In this document: positions 21,314 to 29,249 of the stretch, piece by piece | Numbering within the stretch: the first letter of the stretch is position 1 | How the letters are laid out: the number at the start of each line of letters is the position of its first letter | From: Chthonomonadales bacterium | GTDB lineage: Bacteria; Armatimonadota; Chthonomonadetes; Chthonomonadales; CAJBBX01 | Length of the DNA: 46,019 nt | Assembly: GCA_049967475.1 (NCBI GenBank) | Contig: JBMFSQ010000018.1 | Coordinates: 21,433-67,451 of the forward strand | Reading direction: 5' to 3' | Translations under genes and position numbers: made by a program | Notes under the pieces: generated by a model | What the model saw: the letters and a program-made list of their open reading frames with translations, nothing else | Database searches by the model: none | Told to the model about the DNA's origin: nothing

Positions 21314-21342
21314 TGGGAACCTCCTGGGATGGCGGGGAAAGG

Positions 21343-21552
21343 CTACTTGAGATCGTTAACGGCCTTTTCCAGGGCGCGCCATTCGGCCGAGATCCTGGGA
21401 AAGATCAGGGCCACTTGGGGATCGGTGCGGAAGCGCTCGAAGGCGGCGCGGATGGTGCCATCCGCCAGAGCCTCTTCCACGTCGGCACGAAGCACGGCGT
21501 AGGCTACCAGCAGATTGGGCAGGGCGCGAAGGCGCCGAAAGAAGCGGATCAT
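21343..21552 (-). CDS. Small hypothetical protein (69 aa)
   Basis: ATG at 21552 overlaps the upstream TGA (ATGA), with an AGGAGG SD; MIRFFRRLRALPNLLVAYAVL. Confidence 0.65.
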   Translation of the reverse strand: MIRFFRRLRALPNLLVAYAVLRADVEEALADGTIRAAFERFRTDPQVALIFPRISAEWRALEKAVNDLK

Positions 21553-21800
21553 CGAAGGGAACCTCCTGTAAAGAATGTGAGGGCTAGGCGCACGAGAGCG
21601 CCCGCTCCAAGGATGCCGGTGAACCACATGAGGGCAGCGCGAAAGCCCAGCAGATCGCCTACGCGGTCTCTCAGGACCGCCTGCTCCTCCTGGAGGCGCA
21701 CGAGGGGCTCCATGGCCTTGCTGAGCTTCGCCACCTCCACGGCAAGGCTCTGCACGGCTTCGCGGAGTTCGGCGATTTCCGTACGTTCTCGGGATGCCAT
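21549..21800 (-). CDS. Coiled-coil protein with C-terminal TM helix (XhlA/holin-like)
   Basis: Heptad N-terminus followed by hydrophobic AALMWFTGILGAGALVRLALTFF. Confidence 0.6.
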   Translation of the reverse strand: MASRERTEIAELREAVQSLAVEVAKLSKAMEPLVRLQEEQAVLRDRVGDLLGFRAALMWFTGILGAGALVRLALTFFTGGSLR

Positions 21801-21827
21801 CGTCTATCACCCTGTGAAATCGCACCT

Positions 21828-22208
21828 CTAAGGTGCCGGAGGTGCAAACAACGTGTCGGCCAACTCGCCTTCCACGAGCACGGCGTAGTGGGTCCCCCGG
21901 GGCGCGAGGAAGGGTGTTCCCCGCACATACCAGCCCGAGCCATCGGCGCGAACTACGCGATCACCATCCTGAAGGGTCGCAGCCGGATAGAGCCACAGGC
22001 AGAGGAGCGGCTTGTGCGTGAATGCGGCGAGTTCCGCACGGGTGTGAATGCTGACGGGTTCAAACGTTGCAGGTACGCCGGAGGCGATGGGCGTCCAGGC
22101 GCCGGATATGCGCCTCTGTATCTGCACAGCCTCCAGGAAGAGGATGCCCAGGTGCGCCGTTCCCGGCACCGGCACCGGAGCGTCAATGGGAGTAGGCAAG
22201 GCAGCCAT
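21828..22208 (-). CDS. Putative head-closure protein (SPP1 gp16-like)
   Basis: ATG 22208 after AAAGGTG; 126 aa, beta-rich with LQDGDRVVRADGSGWYV; positioned directly after the adaptor. Confidence 0.55.
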   Translation of the reverse strand: MAALPTPIDAPVPVPGTAHLGILFLEAVQIQRRISGAWTPIASGVPATFEPVSIHTRAELAAFTHKPLLCLWLYPAATLQDGDRVVRADGSGWYVRGTPFLAPRGTHYAVLVEGELADTLFAPPAP

Positions 22209-22233
22209 GGCTTCACCTTTCATCAGATTAGGA

Positions 22234-22590
22234 TTAGGGTTCCGGGAAAACATCCGGGGAGGAAGCGGGGCTCCAGACGGGCAGCCCTGCAACCGCCCGC
22301 AGCGTGGCGGCAATGTCCCGAAGTTGCCGGCTGCGCTCCCGCAAGTCCTGAGACAGAGAGCCCTGCTGCACAAAGAGCGCTTGCGATGCGAACTCAGCAG
22401 CCTTGCCTTCCAGCAGAGCTGCCGCCGCCAGCCGGGTGTCGCCGCCATTTTCCAGGAGCAGGGCCTCTATCTCGGCATCCGTGCGGGTACGGTCACCCCC
22501 TGTTCGGGTGAGCGCTTCGGGATCTATGTCGCCGGCGTACAGGCGCGTCTTCCCGATGGAATTGGAAAGGTCATAGGTAAATGCAGGCAC
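22234..22590 (-). CDS. Putative head-tail adaptor/connector protein
   Basis: GTG after GGAGGA; RLYAGD...TDAEIEALL...AAAALLE helical pattern typical of adaptors downstream of the capsid gene. Confidence 0.7.
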   Translation of the reverse strand: MPAFTYDLSNSIGKTRLYAGDIDPEALTRTGGDRTRTDAEIEALLLENGGDTRLAAAALLEGKAAEFASQALFVQQGSLSQDLRERSRQLRDIAATLRAVAGLPVWSPASSPDVFPEP

Positions 22591-22617
22591 GAGACGATCC
22601 TCCGGCCCGGTGCTGGA

Positions 22618-22917
22618 TTACGGCGAGGGGCCGTTCCACCACTCGGACCAAATGACGTGGCGCTTCCACGGAGCCGCTTCGTGAGGGTGATAAGGGCACA
22701 CCACCCGGGCCCGGTTGGGTGCGGTGTGCGAGATCTCCAGGAAGCAGATGGAGAGCGTGGGTCGGTGGAGGATGTAGGGCCTGCCGCCGCCGAGCAGAGG
22801 CAGCCAATTCCATGCCACCTCTGCCGTGTCGAAAACGATGACACGCCCTCCGCTGCTCATCAGCTCCCAGCGTTGTGTAGCGGGACTGAAGACGATGACC
22901 GCGGCATAGCCGCCCAT
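22618..22917 (-). CDS. Hypothetical protein (99 aa)
   Basis: Strong GGAGG SD; fills the gap between capsid and adaptor genes; no recognisable motif. Confidence 0.6.
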   Translation of the reverse strand: MGGYAAVIVFSPATQRWELMSSGGRVIVFDTAEVAWNWLPLLGGGRPYILHRPTLSICFLEISHTAPNRARVVCPYHPHEAAPWKRHVIWSEWWNGPSP

Positions 22918-22944
22918 TGCCCTTCCTCCGCCGGTCCCACCCGA

Positions 22945-23964
22945 TTACGCCGTGGTGTTGGTGATGAGATATCCCCCCAATGCCAGGCCGGAGGCATCTA
23001 CCGCCACAAGGCGCCAGTCCCGCAGGAAAGACACTTCGATGAGGGTGCCCTTGCGCTTCTCGTCGCGCCATCGCCGTACTGCGTACCCCCGCGCACCCAA
23101 GGCATCATCAGGGGCCTCGAATGTGTATCCGAAGGCTACTGACCGCAAGGAGGGGTTGGGGTTGCGATAGAAGATCAGCGCCAGGGAGGTGCCGTCGTCG
23201 GCCTGCCACACGTTGGCGCCGGAATAAGCAGCTCCTTCGGGCGCCGTGTTCTTTTGGGTTGCGCCCTCGATCACATCCATGCCGCGAAGCACCTTGGGAA
23301 GCCCGCTCATGGTGAGAGCATCCTGATGCACATACTTCACCAAGTCCTTTACGGCAGGATGATCCGCCAGAGTGCGGGCCGTGTCCACCCCGAGCAGGAT
23401 GGCGTTGGCTTCCCGAGCGATGCCCTTGATCACCGCCAGTTTGCCGTTCTTGATATCCGTGAAGGGTGCAGAATTGGCAGATGCATACTGTGCCCAGCTC
23501 GTGCCGGTTCCCCCGCCCGTAAGAGCCACTTTGTTGGAGGCGGGGTAGTTCGCCCTCTTGCATGCAATGGCCGCCGCCGAGATCTCATTATCCAGCATGA
23601 GGCGCTCGGTGAGCTGAAGCGTCTGATCCATGTCCGGCTGCATCGGATTGTCTGCGGCGGCCACTTCGGCGTCGGTCACCAGCCCGCGATAGGCGTATTC
23701 CTCGGCGAAGTAGGTAGCCGTGGACACGGAATAGTCAATCTCCGCGGCTTCGGTCCCCGGTCGCCGCAAAGACGCCGGAACTCCCGAAGCAGAAGCGGCA
23801 GAGGGTGAGAGGAAATCCTCTTTGCGGAAAAGGAAGTACTTATCGGACCGTTTGGCCGCAGGAATAACGGGAAACACCTGATCGGCCACATAGGCTTGGT
23901 TGCGGTACATAACCGAGATGTTGGTGAGCGCCTGGTCAATGTGGATTTGGCCCAATGCAGGCAT
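22945..23964 (-). CDS. Major capsid protein (HK97 fold)
   Basis: 339 aa, AAGGAGG SD. N-terminus IDQALTNISVMYRNQAYVADQVFP resembles capsid proteins found after DUF2190 genes; position after protease and cement. Confidence 0.85.
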   Translation of the reverse strand: MPALGQIHIDQALTNISVMYRNQAYVADQVFPVIPAAKRSDKYFLFRKEDFLSPSAASASGVPASLRRPGTEAAEIDYSVSTATYFAEEYAYRGLVTDAEVAAADNPMQPDMDQTLQLTERLMLDNEISAAAIACKRANYPASNKVALTGGGTGTSWAQYASANSAPFTDIKNGKLAVIKGIAREANAILLGVDTARTLADHPAVKDLVKYVHQDALTMSGLPKVLRGMDVIEGATQKNTAPEGAAYSGANVWQADDGTSLALIFYRNPNPSLRSVAFGYTFEAPDDALGARGYAVRRWRDEKRKGTLIEVSFLRDWRLVAVDASGLALGGYLITNTTA

Positions 23965-24002
23965 GGCGTAATTCCTCCTTTGCGGTAACGCAGGGGTGTC
24001 GT

Positions 24003-24419
24003 CTACGCTCCAATGTAGAGAGCCGGCTGAAGCAGCACGTCCACGAGCAATCCGGCGGTATTGGCGGCGCCCGAGAGCGCAATCCCCACCACCTGTCGCA
24101 GGTTGGTGCCGCTGGCCGGAGCCACGGACTTGATTTGCCCCGACGCGTTGGCAATCGCCACGTAATCGCCGGGCGTGATCGCTGCCGAGCCGTCGCTCTG
24201 GATTTGCGCGATGCCCGCCGTCAGCACGGCGATCTCATTGGTGGCGCTCCCTGTCGGGACGGCTTCTTGAACCACGCCCACGAAACGGGTGGCCAGAGGC
24301 GATGCCGGCAGAGCGACGTTCCCTGCGTTCACCCCGCTCATCACCACGCACACGTTGGCGTTTGCGATGGGCGTGTCCGCGGCGAAAGACTTCAAAAGCA
24401 GCGGTGTCTGTTTTGCCAT
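24003..24419 (-). CDS. Capsid cement/decoration protein (DUF2190-like)
   Basis: 138 aa, Ala/Gly-rich; FVGV...V...GIA...AAITPGDYV...G...VVGIALSGA pattern; directly upstream of the capsid gene. Confidence 0.75.
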   Translation of the reverse strand: MAKQTPLLLKSFAADTPIANANVCVVMSGVNAGNVALPASPLATRFVGVVQEAVPTGSATNEIAVLTAGIAQIQSDGSAAITPGDYVAIANASGQIKSVAPASGTNLRQVVGIALSGAANTAGLLVDVLLQPALYIGA

Positions 24420-24454
24420 CTTTTCCTCCTTTGATCTTGGCAGAGCGCTGCGGC

Positions 24455-24955
24455 TTACTTCTTAAAGGCTTCCTCACGTGCGGCTCGGGCCAGATCGGGG
24501 TGCTGAGCCGACACCCGCGCGAAGGCAGCAACGTACCCCAGGTTTTCCTTGCGTGCCGTGTCTTGAGCGAGGGCGATGAGCTTCTGGGCAGCGCCCTCTT
24601 CGGAGGATCCGGCGGGCATCCATTCGCCCATGGGTACGATGGGGCCGTTCTCCTTCAGGAAGCGCAGGAAGAGATCCGGGATGCTCACGTGTTCGCTTCC
24701 GAAGGCCACGGTGTGGGGCGTCGCTACAGTGAGCAACGCAGCAGCAAGGAGTTCCGCATTCCCGCCCGCCCGGATCAGCCCGCGCTGCTTCAATTCCCGT
24801 ATCTGGTGCTGGGCGCGCTCGTGAAGAAGTTGGGCGCGCTCCTTCTCGAGCTCGGCGCGTTCCGATGCAAACTGCTCCGGTCGGGCATCTTCTTGGGTAG
24901 AAGCCACACCTCGAAGGTATTGAACGAGGCTGTCGGCCAATTGGCGAACCGTCAC
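24455..24955 (-). CDS. Probable nested scaffolding protein from an internal in-frame start
   Basis: AAGGAGGT (24963-24970), 7 nt spacer, then in-frame GTG at 24955; gives a 166 aa helical product. Confidence 0.6.
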   Translation of the reverse strand: MTVRQLADSLVQYLRGVASTQEDARPEQFASERAELEKERAQLLHERAQHQIRELKQRGLIRAGGNAELLAAALLTVATPHTVAFGSEHVSIPDLFLRFLKENGPIVPMGEWMPAGSSEEGAAQKLIALAQDTARKENLGYVAAFARVSAQHPDLARAAREEAFKK

Positions 24956-25441
24956 GGCAGGTACCTCCTTCTCCCCGGCGGGTAATTCCGGGGACGTATG
25001 GGTCAAGAGATCGTAAGATGTAAAGACGAGGGTCCCTCCTCCGAACACCTGGGCAGTCGGAACGCGGGGCCGGCACACGAAGGAAGTCTCCACGATGCGC
25101 TTGGAGGCAACATCCAGTGCAATGGAGAGCGCCTTAGCGCCGGCCTGTTGTATGAAGCGCCAGGTAGCGGCCGGCTGCCTGAGCGTTCCCCACAAGCGCC
25201 TGCCCACTACACGCAAGCGTCCCACGGTACCCATGGCAGCGTCGAATGGGGATTGCCCCAGATGCTCGATCTTTACGGGCACCTCGGCAGGCGTGTTGCG
25301 GGCGATGGCTTCCAAGTCTTGAAGGGTCACCTCGAGACCCCGGTCGGGATAGGATCCCGCTTCAAAAAGAAGGCAATCCCGTTCCACGTACTCATCGGCG
25401 TGGGCATCGGGAGGCACGAGCTCCTTAGCACGTTCTCTCAT
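24455..25441 (-). CDS. Prohead protease/scaffold (Mu gpI-like)
   Basis: ATGA overlap with the portal stop; protease-like N-half (LFEAGSY, VPVKIEH, LSI) and helical C-half; located between portal and capsid. Confidence 0.75.
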   Translation of the reverse strand: MRERAKELVPPDAHADEYVERDCLLFEAGSYPDRGLEVTLQDLEAIARNTPAEVPVKIEHLGQSPFDAAMGTVGRLRVVGRRLWGTLRQPAATWRFIQQAGAKALSIALDVASKRIVETSFVCRPRVPTAQVFGGGTLVFTSYDLLTHTSPELPAGEKEVPAVTVRQLADSLVQYLRGVASTQEDARPEQFASERAELEKERAQLLHERAQHQIRELKQRGLIRAGGNAELLAAALLTVATPHTVAFGSEHVSIPDLFLRFLKENGPIVPMGEWMPAGSSEEGAAQKLIALAQDTARKENLGYVAAFARVSAQHPDLARAAREEAFKK

Positions 25442-26697
25442 GGCTGCTCCTCCAACGGCGGCAAATTGAAAAGTTCACGCAGGATCGGCTCGCGGGCATC
25501 CACCACCTTGTGGGTTAGGAGGACGTTCATCGCCTGGGCGACGCGGAGAAGATCCTTTTCGTCCAGGTTGCCCAGGCTGAGCTGCGGGTACAACTGATGG
25601 CTGAAATTGGCGTCTATGAGCGGGCGGATGATCTGGGCATTCACCGCCGCCTCGATATCCTGCTTCATACATTCCAAGGCGAACAGGAGGATGTCGAAGT
25701 GAACCCTCCCCAAAGCCATGGATCCGGTGCGCCGCCCCTCGCCGGAGGTGAGCGTTTGAAGCAGGATGCCGATGGCGATCTGCTGGTTGTGCCACTCCAG
25801 TGCAGAGAGGAACGCATCGTCTCCCGTGGACCTGGCCTCTATGAGCTGGGGCCTCACGCTCTGGGGAAACACCGCGCTCGCCTCTTGCTGGAGGCCGCGA
25901 AGGATCTCCAGGATGCGCGCGCCGTTTGCATCGGAGGGGTTCGGAGCGTTGGCGTAGGCAAAGGGGATGCCGAACCTCTGAAGGCGCAGGTTCCAGAACT
26001 CCATGATGCGATTCTTCGAATACCAGTGCTTGTACACCGCCCGGAGGTCGCTCTCCCCGTAGGGAAGTTCGTCGCGGGCGTTGTATACGTAGATGAGGCA
26101 CTTTCCGCGCGGCACCGTCACTAACCCGTATTCGGGGGTGAAGCTCGTTACCGCCCGGACGTTGAGGAATTCATCTACGTCGAAGCCGATCTGTTTGGGG
26201 TTCTTGAATTTGATGGCCGCCAGCACGTACTTGCCGGCCCAGGGCCCGGCGTCCTCCAAGCGCCACACCATCTCGGCAACCGAAAACCCTCGGTAAAAGG
26301 CGGACATCATTTGGAAGAGGACGCGGCGAAAGTCTTGCGGGCTGCCTTCGGGCCCGCGCAACCCCCGGAGCACATCTTCCACGAAATCGCGCGCCTGCAT
26401 CGCCGCCCGGAAGTCCCGGTCATGCCGGCGGCGTACGGCAGGGAAGATCTGCCACGGCCGGGCCAGAAGGGCGTAGCGCTTGGTGTTGATGCTGGCCCGC
26501 ACCTGCGCGTCCGTCATCATGCGGTCGTATAGGTCAATCCCTCGGCGCGTCAGAAGCTCGTCGGGATTGTAGGGCGGCATGCGGAAAACGGTACGGAACA
26601 CAGCATCCCAGGCGGCAATCTCCTCATGGAGCCGTTCGTGAAGGCCGGGCTGCGCAGAAGGCTGGGGCTGGGAAGGAACGGATGCGGATGCCGACAT
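25438..26697 (-). CDS. Phage portal protein (DUF935 / Mu gp29-like)
   Basis: LYDRMMTDAQV, AFYRGFSVAEMVW, PYGESDLRAVY, QRFGIP, ILLQTLTS...GSMALGRVH, NAQIIRPLIDANF. Confidence 0.9.
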   Translation of the reverse strand: MSASASVPSQPQPSAQPGLHERLHEEIAAWDAVFRTVFRMPPYNPDELLTRRGIDLYDRMMTDAQVRASINTKRYALLARPWQIFPAVRRRHDRDFRAAMQARDFVEDVLRGLRGPEGSPQDFRRVLFQMMSAFYRGFSVAEMVWRLEDAGPWAGKYVLAAIKFKNPKQIGFDVDEFLNVRAVTSFTPEYGLVTVPRGKCLIYVYNARDELPYGESDLRAVYKHWYSKNRIMEFWNLRLQRFGIPFAYANAPNPSDANGARILEILRGLQQEASAVFPQSVRPQLIEARSTGDDAFLSALEWHNQQIAIGILLQTLTSGEGRRTGSMALGRVHFDILLFALECMKQDIEAAVNAQIIRPLIDANFSHQLYPQLSLGNLDEKDLLRVAQAMNVLLTHKVVDAREPILRELFNLPPLEEQP

Positions 26698-26716
26698 GAG
26701 GTTCTCCGGGGTGCCG

Positions 26717-26751
26717 AAAAAAGAGCGGCCTCTCCGTGCGGGGAGACCGCT
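26717..26751 (-). terminator. Intrinsic terminator between the DUF3467-like gene and the portal gene
   Basis: Minus strand AGCGGTCTCCCC-GCAC-GGAGAGGCCGCT followed by CTTTTTT. Confidence 0.75.
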
Positions 26752-26799
26752 GGTATATTGGCTGTCAAACCAGGATGCGTCTAGAAGCGCCTGGGAGCC

Positions 26800-27078
26800 C
26801 TATTCGTCCACGATGCCGAGTTCCTGATAGAGCCCTTCAGGAAGAATGATGGTCCCGATGCGGCGTTCGTACTCCTGAACATTCTTGCGCATCAGCAGGC
26901 TCATGATCTTTGCGTGCTGGGGGCTCATACGGATGCGCACAACGGAACGCGGAGGCTCGTCCTGCCCTTGCATCACACCGAACTCCAGCAGGAAGCCGTA
27001 GATGTTCGTGGTGAAGTTCACTGAATCCGTGTAGTATTCCGGCGGTGCATCGTAGTGGTCAAATTCCAGGTCATCCAT
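26800..27078 (-). CDS. DUF3467-like small acidic protein
   Basis: YTDSVNF...FLLEFG...VVRIRMSPQHAK...L...NVQEYERRIGTI matches my recollection of DUF3467; AAGGAG SD. Confidence 0.75.
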   Translation of the reverse strand: MDDLEFDHYDAPPEYYTDSVNFTTNIYGFLLEFGVMQGQDEPPRSVVRIRMSPQHAKIMSLLMRKNVQEYERRIGTIILPEGLYQELGIVDE

Positions 27079-27144
27079 TGAGGGGCTCCTTCTGCGTCTG
27101 AATAGGGCAAGGCGCTGTGGTCGCTCACCGGTACTCTAAAGCGT

Positions 27145-27173
27145 AGTGTACCAGACGCCTTCCCGCCCGTCAA
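27145..27173 (-). promoter_or_regulatory. Sigma70 promoter for the DUF3467-like gene
   Basis: Minus strand TTGACG-17 nt-TACACT with extended TGn. The same hexamers and spacing occur upstream of pyrK. Confidence 0.75.
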
Positions 27174-27193
27174 TGGAAAGCCACTCGTGTCTT

Positions 27194-28762
27194 TTACCAC
27201 CCATCCATCTCGCGCCGCAGCGCTTCGCTCGGAGGAGCTTCGACGGACACGCGCCCATCGTTGGAGAGGGTGGGCAACGGCCCGTCGAACAATAGGGCAG
27301 CCATATCGGCCCGATCGGGTGATGCCAGGCCGCGGCGCTTCATTTCCTCTTTACTCTCGATCTGGATTTTTCCCTGGGAGGTATGCCGATACCGTATGGC
27401 GGCGAGTTCGAGGCAAAGCTGCTCGTCCTGCGGAAGGGCGATCTCTCCGGTGCGCAGGCGCTCGCGCAGAGCCCAGTAGAGTTCGGCGCGCCTGTTGGCG
27501 AAGCGCTCCCCGTCCCAAGCAGGCAGAGCCACGTTGACAGCCTCCACTCCTTCCAATTGCAGCTCCATGAGGCGATCTACAACTCCTGCGCCTACCCCGA
27601 TGCTGTCCACGGCGATGGATTGCGGATGGAAGCAATAGGCCCGGGCAACGATCCTTCCCGCTACATCCATGGTGTCGGCACCGCGGATCACCTCCATATG
27701 GGTGAGCACAGGGCCTACACGGCACCCGATGACGGTGGCATCGCCGCCGAAACGGGCTACATCCACGGCCATGCGCCGTTCTCCAACTTGCGGCAGCGTG
27801 CGGTGCATGGCCGCCTCCACCCAGCGCAAAGGAATAAGAGCATCGTCATCCGCATCGGGGAACTCTCCCAACACGCGCGTGCGGAAGAGGTTGCCTGGCC
27901 GGTAGCGCTTGCCTTCCCACAACAACAAATCTGCGCCGTCCGGACCATTGCCGGGAACCTCTTCGCACCACTCGGCGATGCGCTGCCTTACGGCATCCCG
28001 TGTAACAGCTCCCGGAACAACCGGTTCGTCACCGGCGATGTTGGGATGTTCCAGAGCGTTCACCGTGATGCGCGACCATTCTCCTGCACCACGGAAGATC
28101 TCGTAGAAGCGCCCGGAGGTGTGGAGGGGATTGCCGATTGCCAGGATGCGGTTGTTGGCCCCCACCGCCACGCCTTCCACAGCATCCCAAATCTCGGCCG
28201 GGATGCCGCCTGCTTCGTCCAGCAGCACCAAAAGGTTCTCGGCATGGAAACCCTGAAAGCGCACGCCATCCGTGGTGGCCAACCCTAGCGCATGCCACCC
28301 ATCACCCGCGCAGATGCGCGTCGTCAGAAGCACTCCCGGCAGAGGCTTCAGTGCCGAATGAAATCGGCGCCGTATCTCTTCCCACAACACGTGTCGCACC
28401 TGCCTCCAGGTGGGAGCAGTGGTGAGCACCGTGCTGCCCGGAAAGCTGTACAAAAACCAAAGCGCCAAATCCGCCGCCAAATAGGTTTTACCTACACCAT
28501 TCCCGGACTTGACGATAGTTCTGCGGGAAGAGGCCACAGCCCGGGCAACCTCTCTCTGGCGGAACCACCATCGGGAGCCCAGTACCTCCTGGGCGAACAG
28601 CTCGGGGTCGCTCCGGTACTGCTCCATGCGCCTCCGCAATTCCCAAGATGGAAAGCGATGGCGGATGGCTCCGGAGATCTGCCTGGCTGCCCGCCGCACA
28701 GAGCGACGAATGAAATGATCCATGGAATGGGGATGGACGGGGAGCCCCCCGGACACCTTCAA
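27194..28762 (-). CDS. Terminase large subunit
   Basis: Walker A VKSGNGVGKT, TTAPTWRQ, Walker B LVLLDEA, IGNP coupling motif, nuclease MAVDVARFGGD and SPDRADM. TTG start overlaps the upstream TGA, with a GGAGGAGG SD. Confidence 0.93.
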   Translation of the reverse strand: MKVSGGLPVHPHSMDHFIRRSVRRAARQISGAIRHRFPSWELRRRMEQYRSDPELFAQEVLGSRWWFRQREVARAVASSRRTIVKSGNGVGKTYLAADLALWFLYSFPGSTVLTTAPTWRQVRHVLWEEIRRRFHSALKPLPGVLLTTRICAGDGWHALGLATTDGVRFQGFHAENLLVLLDEAGGIPAEIWDAVEGVAVGANNRILAIGNPLHTSGRFYEIFRGAGEWSRITVNALEHPNIAGDEPVVPGAVTRDAVRQRIAEWCEEVPGNGPDGADLLLWEGKRYRPGNLFRTRVLGEFPDADDDALIPLRWVEAAMHRTLPQVGERRMAVDVARFGGDATVIGCRVGPVLTHMEVIRGADTMDVAGRIVARAYCFHPQSIAVDSIGVGAGVVDRLMELQLEGVEAVNVALPAWDGERFANRRAELYWALRERLRTGEIALPQDEQLCLELAAIRYRHTSQGKIQIESKEEMKRRGLASPDRADMAALLFDGPLPTLSNDGRVSVEAPPSEALRREMDGW

Positions 28763-29178
28763 GACACCTCCTCCAGACCTTTCGAGAGAGCTTCGGCAAG
28801 CCGGTCGCGCATTTCTGGGTCGGCCTGCTCCAACAGTGCGAGAATGGCCGATTGCAGCTTCATGAGGCCCTCGCGGTCCGCTGTGCGTTCCAGGGTCTTT
28901 CCGGCTAGCTCGATGTGGCGCCTGAGTTCTGCCACTGCAGCCAGCTTCTCCCTAGTGTCTGCCAAGGCGCCCATCTCATCGAAGAGGGCGCTTACGCGGA
29001 GAAAGTTCTCTTGCAGGCGGCTTCGGATATCCCAGACCTCGGGTTCCATTTTGGGGCCCGCGCCGGGCTGGGGTGTGTCCACCCTCTGCGCCCTCGAAGC
29101 GGCGACATGCCCGGCGCCATGCGTTACTGGGCGGCGGCGATGCTTCGCGGCCTGCCCTTTCCTATGTTTGGCCCCCAT
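28759..29178 (-). CDS. Putative terminase small subunit (helical; start 29178 or 29049)
   Basis: Immediately upstream of, and translationally coupled to, terL; coiled-coil C-half. Assignment is positional. Confidence 0.5.
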   Translation of the reverse strand: MGAKHRKGQAAKHRRRPVTHGAGHVAASRAQRVDTPQPGAGPKMEPEVWDIRSRLQENFLRVSALFDEMGALADTREKLAAVAELRRHIELAGKTLERTADREGLMKLQSAILALLEQADPEMRDRLAEALSKGLEEVS

Positions 29179-29249
29179 CGTGTCATCCGTGCAGCCGCAA
29201 CCGAAGCGGCCTCCTCATCTCATTAGGCTGTCCGAGGCATCGTTTACTA

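Larger units (their letters stand above)
19449..29178 (-). mobile_element. Phage-derived head/DNA-packaging gene cluster without tail, integrase or replication genes (GTA-like/domesticated, or prophage remnant)
   Basis: Co-oriented terminase-portal-protease-cement-capsid-adaptor-closure order with strong SDs and overlapping start/stop codons; flanked by host genes. Confidence 0.8.

Noticed and set aside
22945..23964. Encapsulin interpretation of the capsid gene
   Set aside because: Terminase, portal, protease and neck genes indicate a DNA-packaging head, not an encapsulin nanocompartment.
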